Below, in pieces: positions 59,169 to 64,000 of a DNA stretch of 64,000 bases. Source of the stretch: Alphaproteobacteria bacterium. Its GTDB lineage: Bacteria > Pseudomonadota > Alphaproteobacteria > SMXP01. Under the pieces are notes generated by a model. It was not told the DNA's origin, searched no databases, and saw nothing but the letters and a program-made list of their open reading frames with translations. Every line of letters begins with the position of its first letter. Positions within the stretch are counted from its first letter, which is position 1. Position numbers and translations under genes: made by a program. The stretch covers positions 1,974,803-2,038,802 of the forward strand of contig OZ243948.1 in assembly GCA_965214255.1 (NCBI GenBank), read 5' to 3'.

Positions 59169-60035
59169 ATGCCCGAACCACTAGAGCTTCATCGCACGGA
59201 AACTCTCGCTCGATTAAAAGAAATCGGCGCCATGAAGGATGATGAAGTTCCCGTGGCGGAAGCGGCCCTTTTGCTTGCGGCCCTCGACCGGCCCGGCACC
59301 TTGCTCGAGCCGTATTTTGCCCATTTGGGTGAGATGACCGGGGCCGTTTCCCGGTTCTTGGCGACCATGGACCTTCCTGGCGGACAGCTTTCGGTGGGCG
59401 CGGCGCGGGCCCGGGCTTTGGGCGCCGTCATCGGTGACGAGTTTGGCTATTCAGGAGACCGGATAAACTACGACGACTTGCGGAATGCCAATCTTGTAGA
59501 CGTGATCGAACGACGCAAAGGTCTGCCGGTGGCGTTGGGCATCCTCTATATTCACTGTGCTCAGCGCCTGGGCTGGGATCTGGCGGGCCTCGGCTTCCCG
59601 GGTCATTTCGTGTTAGGTTTGCGCGACGGCGCTGAACATATCATTCTCGACCCGTTCAACGGCGGACGCGTTCTCCATGCCGAAACCCTGGCCGAGCTTC
59701 TGCAACAGATGGGAGGCCCGTCCATTCAATTGAGCCCTGCCATGATTGAGCATGTCGATAATCGGGCGGTGCTGTTGCGCCTGGAAAACAACATCAAAAC
59801 GCGACTCGTCGCTCAAGGTGACTATGACAAGGTGGAGGAAGTCATTCAGCGCATGGTTCTGATCGCGCCCGGCGAAGCGGACCTGTGGTTGGAATTGGGC
59901 GAAGCGCATGCTCAGGCGGGCAAGCTCGGGGCCGCCATACAAGCGCTCAAAAACTGTTTGGCGAAAAACCCCGGGCAGGCGCTCAAGCATGAAGCCAGCC
60001 GGGCCCTTGACAGCCTGCGGCGCAAACTCAATTAG
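59169..60035 (+). CDS. SirB1-like transglutaminase-like/TPR protein
   Basis: ~288 aa with a SirB1-type N-terminal region and a C-terminal TPR-like helical region. The family call is from recollection. The start could also be GTG 59124. Confidence 0.6.
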   Translation: MPEPLELHRTETLARLKEIGAMKDDEVPVAEAALLLAALDRPGTLLEPYFAHLGEMTGAVSRFLATMDLPGGQLSVGAARARALGAVIGDEFGYSGDRINYDDLRNANLVDVIERRKGLPVALGILYIHCAQRLGWDLAGLGFPGHFVLGLRDGAEHIILDPFNGGRVLHAETLAELLQQMGGPSIQLSPAMIEHVDNRAVLLRLENNIKTRLVAQGDYDKVEEVIQRMVLIAPGEADLWLELGEAHAQAGKLGAAIQALKNCLAKNPGQALKHEASRALDSLRRKLN

Positions 60036-60066
60036 AACCGCTCAACGAACCAGGACTACGCGCTCC

Positions 60067-61020
60067 ATGACGCTCAAAGTCGCCATCCAGATGGATCCGA
60101 TCGACGAGATCGATATCAAGGCCGACTCGACCTTTGCCCTGGCCCTCGAGGCGCAAGCCCGCGGTCATGAGCTTACCTATTATTTGCCTCACCATCTGAG
60201 CATGAAGGATGGGCGTCTCATCGCCCGCACCCGTGCTCTCGAGGTGCGCCCGGACGCCGGCAATCACTTTACTCTGGGTACGGAGACTATTGTCGATCTA
60301 GCCGTTATGGACGTTGTTTTGATGCGTCAGGACCCGCCCTTTGATATGAGTTACATAACGGCGACTCATTTGCTTGAGCATATTCATCCGGCGACTTTGG
60401 TCGTGAATGATCCGGCCGAAGTGCGCAACGCTCCGGAAAAACTCTTTGTTACCCGCTTTCCGGATCTGATGCCGCCCACACTCATCTCAAGTGATCCGCA
60501 AGAGATCAAAGCGTTCCGCGAGGTGCACGAGGATATCATTCTAAAACCCCTTTACGGCAATGGGGGCGCAGCCGTGTTTCGGGTGGCGCCCGGAGACGAG
60601 AACATCAACGCTCTTTTGGAGGTCTTCACCGAACTCTATCGCGAGCCCATTGTGGTTCAGTCCTATCTGCCCGAGGTGCGTCGGGGCGATAAACGGATTA
60701 TTTTGATTGACGGTGAACCTGTGGGCGCCGTTAATCGAGTGCCCCTGGCGGGCGAGGTTCGTTCCAATCTTCATGTCGGCGGTCTTGCGGAGCAGTCCAT
60801 TTTGACGGAACGTGACCGGGAGATCTGTGCGGCAATAGGACCCGAACTTAGAGTGCGGGGGCTCATTTTTGTCGGGATTGATGTCATCGGTGGGTTTCTT
60901 ACGGAGATTAATGTGACCAGCCCTACGGGTATTCAGGAGATCACCCGATTTGACGGTTCCAATATTGCAGGTCTTGTCTGGGAGGCCATAGAGGCGCGCC
61001 GCTTGAATTTTGTTCCCTAA
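60067..61020 (+). CDS. gshB: Glutathione synthetase
   Basis: 317 aa from the ATG at 60067, with [26 protein letters not shown] and the ATP-grasp motifs LKPLYGNGG and [12 protein letters not shown]. Confidence 0.95.
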   Translation: MTLKVAIQMDPIDEIDIKADSTFALALEAQARGHELTYYLPHHLSMKDGRLIARTRALEVRPDAGNHFTLGTETIVDLAVMDVVLMRQDPPFDMSYITATHLLEHIHPATLVVNDPAEVRNAPEKLFVTRFPDLMPPTLISSDPQEIKAFREVHEDIILKPLYGNGGAAVFRVAPGDENINALLEVFTELYREPIVVQSYLPEVRRGDKRIILIDGEPVGAVNRVPLAGEVRSNLHVGGLAEQSILTERDREICAAIGPELRVRGLIFVGIDVIGGFLTEINVTSPTGIQEITRFDGSNIAGLVWEAIEARRLNFVP

Positions 61021-61082
61021 ATGTTCTTGAAGATGATCTCCGGGTCGACTATGTTGGGGACGGCTTTGGATATGAGGCGGCT

Positions 61083-62615
61083 ATGGTTGCGCACGTTTAC
61101 ACCCTTGCCTTTGAAGGCATTAACGCTCGGGAGGTCGATGTCCAGGTCCAGGTGACTTCGGGCATGCCCTGCTTCTCGGTCGTCGGCCTGGGCGACAAAG
61201 CGGTGTCTGAAAGCAAGGATCGTGTAAGGGCCGCTCTGTCCGCCATAGGTTTAGGCTTTCCCGCCAAGCGAATTACCGTCAATTTGGCCCCGGCCGACCT
61301 GCCCAAAGAAGGCAGCCATTATGATTTGCCCATCGCCTTGGGTCTTATGGTAGCGCTTGATGTGCTGCCCGCCGAAAGTTTGAATCGTTATGCGGCTATC
61401 GGCGAGCTTGCCCTTGATGGCGCTATCAGCAAGGTGGCGGGAGCGCTGCCCGCGGCCATGGCGGCCCATACCAACAACCGCGGACTCATTTGCCCGAAGG
61501 ACTCCGGGCCGGAGGCTGCCTGGGCCGGCAACACCGCCGTCCTTGCCGCTCACAGTCTTATCAGCCTGGTCAATCACTTCAAAGGCAAGCAGATTTTGAC
61601 ACCGCCTGCGCCGGGGGCGCCTCTTGAAAGGCGGTCCGCGCCTGATTTGAGAGAGGTGCGCGGTCAGGAAACCGCTAAACGCGCCCTCGAAGTGGCGGCG
61701 GCCGGAGGGCACAACCTGTTGATGGTGGGCCCGCCCGGCGCGGGCAAGTCCATGATGGCGGAGCGTTTACCGGGTCTTCTGCCGCCGCTTACGGCCGCGG
61801 AGATGCTTGAAGTCAGTATGGTGCACAGCCTCGCCGGGCTGATCGATAAAGGCCGCATCGGTCGAGACCGGCCTTACCGTGCGCCCCATCATTCGGCCAG
61901 CATGGCGGCCATGGTGGGTGGGGGAAGCAGGATTAAACCGGGCGAGATTTCCCTCGCTCATTTGGGCGTCCTGTTTCTCGACGAGTTGCCGGAATTTGCG
62001 CGTCCCGTGCTCGACTCTCTACGCCAGCCCCTGGAGATGGGCGAGGTAAGCGTGGCGCGGGCCAATGCCCACGCGACCTTTCCGGCCTGCTTTCAACTGA
62101 TCGCAGCCATGAATCCCTGTCGTTGTGGGCTTGCCCATCAGCTTGGACGGGCCTGCCGCCGCGGCTCCTATTGTATCGAGGAATATCAGACGCGGATTTC
62201 AGGGCCGCTTCTCGACCGTATCGATATCCGGCTTGACGTGCCGGCTGTCAGCGCTGCCGACTTGACCTTGCCGCCCGCACAGGAAGGCACGGCGGAAGCC
62301 GCCGCGCGCGTCGCGCGCGCGCGGCAAGCGCAGCATGATCGGTATGCGGGGCATGACGCGCCAGGCTCTTTGACAAATGCGCGCGTCCCCCCTTCATTGT
62401 TGGAAAAAGCGGCAAAACCGGACGAGCAGGGGGCGTCCCTTCTTGCCAAAGCGATCGAGGCTTTGAACCTGAGCGCCCGAGGTTATCACAGGGTCTTGCG
62501 CGTCGCGCGCACGCTTGCGGATTTGGACCGGGCCGAGGTGGTGGGGCGGGTTCACATTGCCGAAGCGCTCGCCTACCGTCGTGCGCCCGGGGCTCAACTG
62601 GCCGCCGCGGAATGA
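61083..62615 (+). CDS. comM: Mg-chelatase-like AAA+ protein ComM/YifB
   Basis: 510 aa with Walker A MVGPPGAGKSM and Walker B LFLDELPEF. Confidence 0.95.
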   Translation: MVAHVYTLAFEGINAREVDVQVQVTSGMPCFSVVGLGDKAVSESKDRVRAALSAIGLGFPAKRITVNLAPADLPKEGSHYDLPIALGLMVALDVLPAESLNRYAAIGELALDGAISKVAGALPAAMAAHTNNRGLICPKDSGPEAAWAGNTAVLAAHSLISLVNHFKGKQILTPPAPGAPLERRSAPDLREVRGQETAKRALEVAAAGGHNLLMVGPPGAGKSMMAERLPGLLPPLTAAEMLEVSMVHSLAGLIDKGRIGRDRPYRAPHHSASMAAMVGGGSRIKPGEISLAHLGVLFLDELPEFARPVLDSLRQPLEMGEVSVARANAHATFPACFQLIAAMNPCRCGLAHQLGRACRRGSYCIEEYQTRISGPLLDRIDIRLDVPAVSAADLTLPPAQEGTAEAAARVARARQAQHDRYAGHDAPGSLTNARVPPSLLEKAAKPDEQGASLLAKAIEALNLSARGYHRVLRVARTLADLDRAEVVGRVHIAEALAYRRAPGAQLAAAE

Positions 62616-62799
62616 GACGCAGACCGAAGCCCTTGATGTTGTCATCCCGCGTGATGCGCTCGCGTTCGTTCGACATGGATGGCTTCTCGACCGAACCGTT
62701 GGAGCCGGGCGCCTCGCGACGTGATCAATCGCTGGACAAACTCGCCGCGCATCGCCATGGTGTCGCGAGCGCGTTGGGGCGGGTTCCACGGAGACGGGC

Positions 62800-64000
62800 G
62801 TGGCGGAGTTGGCCGGTCAAGGATATTCCAGACTACGAACCTGGTTCGATTCTCTCCAAATCTACAGGCATCCCCGTGTCGTTGCGATGTTGTTCCTGGG
62901 CTTCTCGGCGGGGCTTCCCTATTTCTTGATCTTCGGCACGCTGTCGGCGTGGCTCCGGCAAGAGGAAGTGGAACGCGCAGCGATCACTTACTTTAGCTGG
63001 GTCGGAATTTTGTTCTCGTTCAAATTCGTCTGGGCGCCCGTCATCGACCGGGCGCCCCTGCCGCAATTGACAAAGGTTCTGGGCCGGCGGCGCAGTTGGA
63101 TGCTGGCCGGTCAAATCGGTATCTTGACCGCTCTGGTTGGCATTGCCCTCAGCGATCCGGCGACGCAACTTGCCTATGTTGCGATGCTCTGCGTCTTTTT
63201 GGCGTTTTCTTCCGCCACTCAGGATATTTCCATGGATGCCTATCGCATCGAAGCGGTGCCTCCAAATATGCAGGGAGCGATGGCCGCGACTTATCAACTG
63301 GGGTACCGCTTGGGCATGATCGTCTCGGGGGCAGGCGCGCTTTATATAGCTGCATCGAGCGGCTGGCGGATTGCCTATTTGGCCATGGCCGTGCTGGTTT
63401 TTGTCGGCGTGATCACGGTTTTGGTCATACAAGAGCCAACACCGCCGCGTGACGAGGCCGCCGACGAGCGAGAGAAGAAGCTGGCAAATTCCTTGTCATC
63501 CGGATTGGGCGGGCAAGGACACGCTCTGATCCATTGGTTTTCCGCCGCGGTGATCAGCCCGTTCGTCGATTTCTTTTCACGCGTGGGCCGGGTCGGCGTC
63601 GCCATCCTGGTTTTTATTGCCGTTTACAAGTTGAGCGATGTTGTTCTCGGCATCATTGCGAATGTTTTCTACATAGATTTGGGCTTCACCCTTTCCCAAA
63701 TCGCCAGCGTGACGAAAGTCTTCGGTGTCGTCATGACCATGATCGGGGCGGTCGTCGGCGGCATGTCGGTATCACGTTACGGGATTATGCGTCCCGTTCT
63801 CGCGGGGGCCGTCTTGATCGCCGCTACGAACCTTTTATTCGCCTTACTTGCCGTCGCAGGTGCGGACCTTGTGTTTCTAACTCTCACAATTAGCGCCGAC
63901 AACTTCACCCAGGGCTTTGCGGGGGCTGCATTCATTGCGTATATGTCCAGCCTGACCAACACCGCTTACACGGCCACGCAATACGCTTTATTCAGTTCGA
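62800..64000 (+). CDS. ampG: AmpG-family muropeptide MFS permease, 5' part (3' end lies outside the window)
   Basis: Frame 1 is open to the window end, so it is absent from the stop-delimited track. The sequence LQIYRHPRVVAMLFLGFSAGLPYFL...FKFVWAPVIDR resembles the AmpG N-terminus. The start is uncertain (GTG 62800, TTG 62809 or ATG 62887). Confidence 0.85.
   Translation, partial: MAELAGQGYSRLRTWFDSLQIYRHPRVVAMLFLGFSAGLPYFLIFGTLSAWLRQEEVERAAITYFSWVGILFSFKFVWAPVIDRAPLPQLTKVLGRRRSWMLAGQIGILTALVGIALSDPATQLAYVAMLCVFLAFSSATQDISMDAYRIEAVPPNMQGAMAATYQLGYRLGMIVSGAGALYIAASSGWRIAYLAMAVLVFVGVITVLVIQEPTPPRDEAADEREKKLANSLSSGLGGQGHALIHWFSAAVISPFVDFFSRVGRVGVAILVFIAVYKLSDVVLGIIANVFYIDLGFTLSQIASVTKVFGVVMTMIGAVVGGMSVSRYGIMRPVLAGAVLIAATNLLFALLAVAGADLVFLTLTISADNFTQGFAGAAFIAYMSSLTNTAYTATQYALFSS

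Noticed and set aside
62616-62676. Minus-strand start MSNERERITRDDNIKGFGLR, resembling the arm-binding N-terminus of a phage-type integrase.
   Set aside because: Only ~20 codons lie outside comM before the frame runs antisense through it. The similarity is a short impression, not a domain. No further integrase sequence follows.
62830-62862. tRNA-like T-loop string ggttcgattc (and gagttggccggtcaagg just upstream) suggesting a tRNA or tRNA fragment.
   Set aside because: The flanking bases do not pair into T, anticodon or acceptor stems. The stretch translates as the conserved AmpG N-terminus (TWFDSLQIY).

Overview
This is a 64-kb origin-proximal chromosomal segment of a high-G+C alphaproteobacterium. 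I cannot name the genus from sequence alone. About two thirds is conserved housekeeping DNA: lptE'-holA, parBA-rsmG-mnmG-mnmE, qor, rho, DUF299-maf-aroE-coaE-dnaQ, secB, Tim44-like, mltA, smr, hslVU, hisBHAF, nth, hisE, dapB, dnaKJ, grpE-hrcA, rph-rdgB-hemW, rsmI-yraN, gshB, comM and ampG'. A ~34% G+C gap at 9.66-10.02 kb lies between rho and the DUF299 gene. By synteny and DnaA-box-like motifs it is the likely chromosomal origin. The unusual part is a ~20-kb co-directional island (17.5-37.8 kb) wedged between mltA/SMP-30 and smr. It holds seven near-identical GT2 glycosyltransferase modules, five two-helix membrane anchors each followed by an E/R/A-rich helical stalk of very different length (51 to 313 residues), two DUF115 (Maf-like) modules, a GT-B-like domain and an FkbM methyltransferase domain. 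All of this is packed by fusion and fission into six ORFs of up to ~1450 aa. A divergent GT2 and a translationally coupled CMP-sugar-type operon (cytidylyltransferase, 2-hydroxyacid dehydrogenase, SDR) follow. The island is full of signs of ongoing rearrangement: perfect 135-bp in-frame tandem repeats, 225-bp and 192-bp tandem duplications, a 12-bp microrepeat with 2-4 copies, a ~200-bp junction cassette present 4-5 times, and homologous poly-C tracts of 7/9/9/10 nt. I do not recognise this membrane-anchor/stalk/GT2 architecture as a described system. My leading hypothesis is a set of length-coded (ruler-like) glycosyltransferases, and this is inference only. No tRNA, rRNA, CRISPR array, transposase or integrase was found. 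Many long ORFs in the six-frame track are antisense or out-of-frame artefacts of high G+C.
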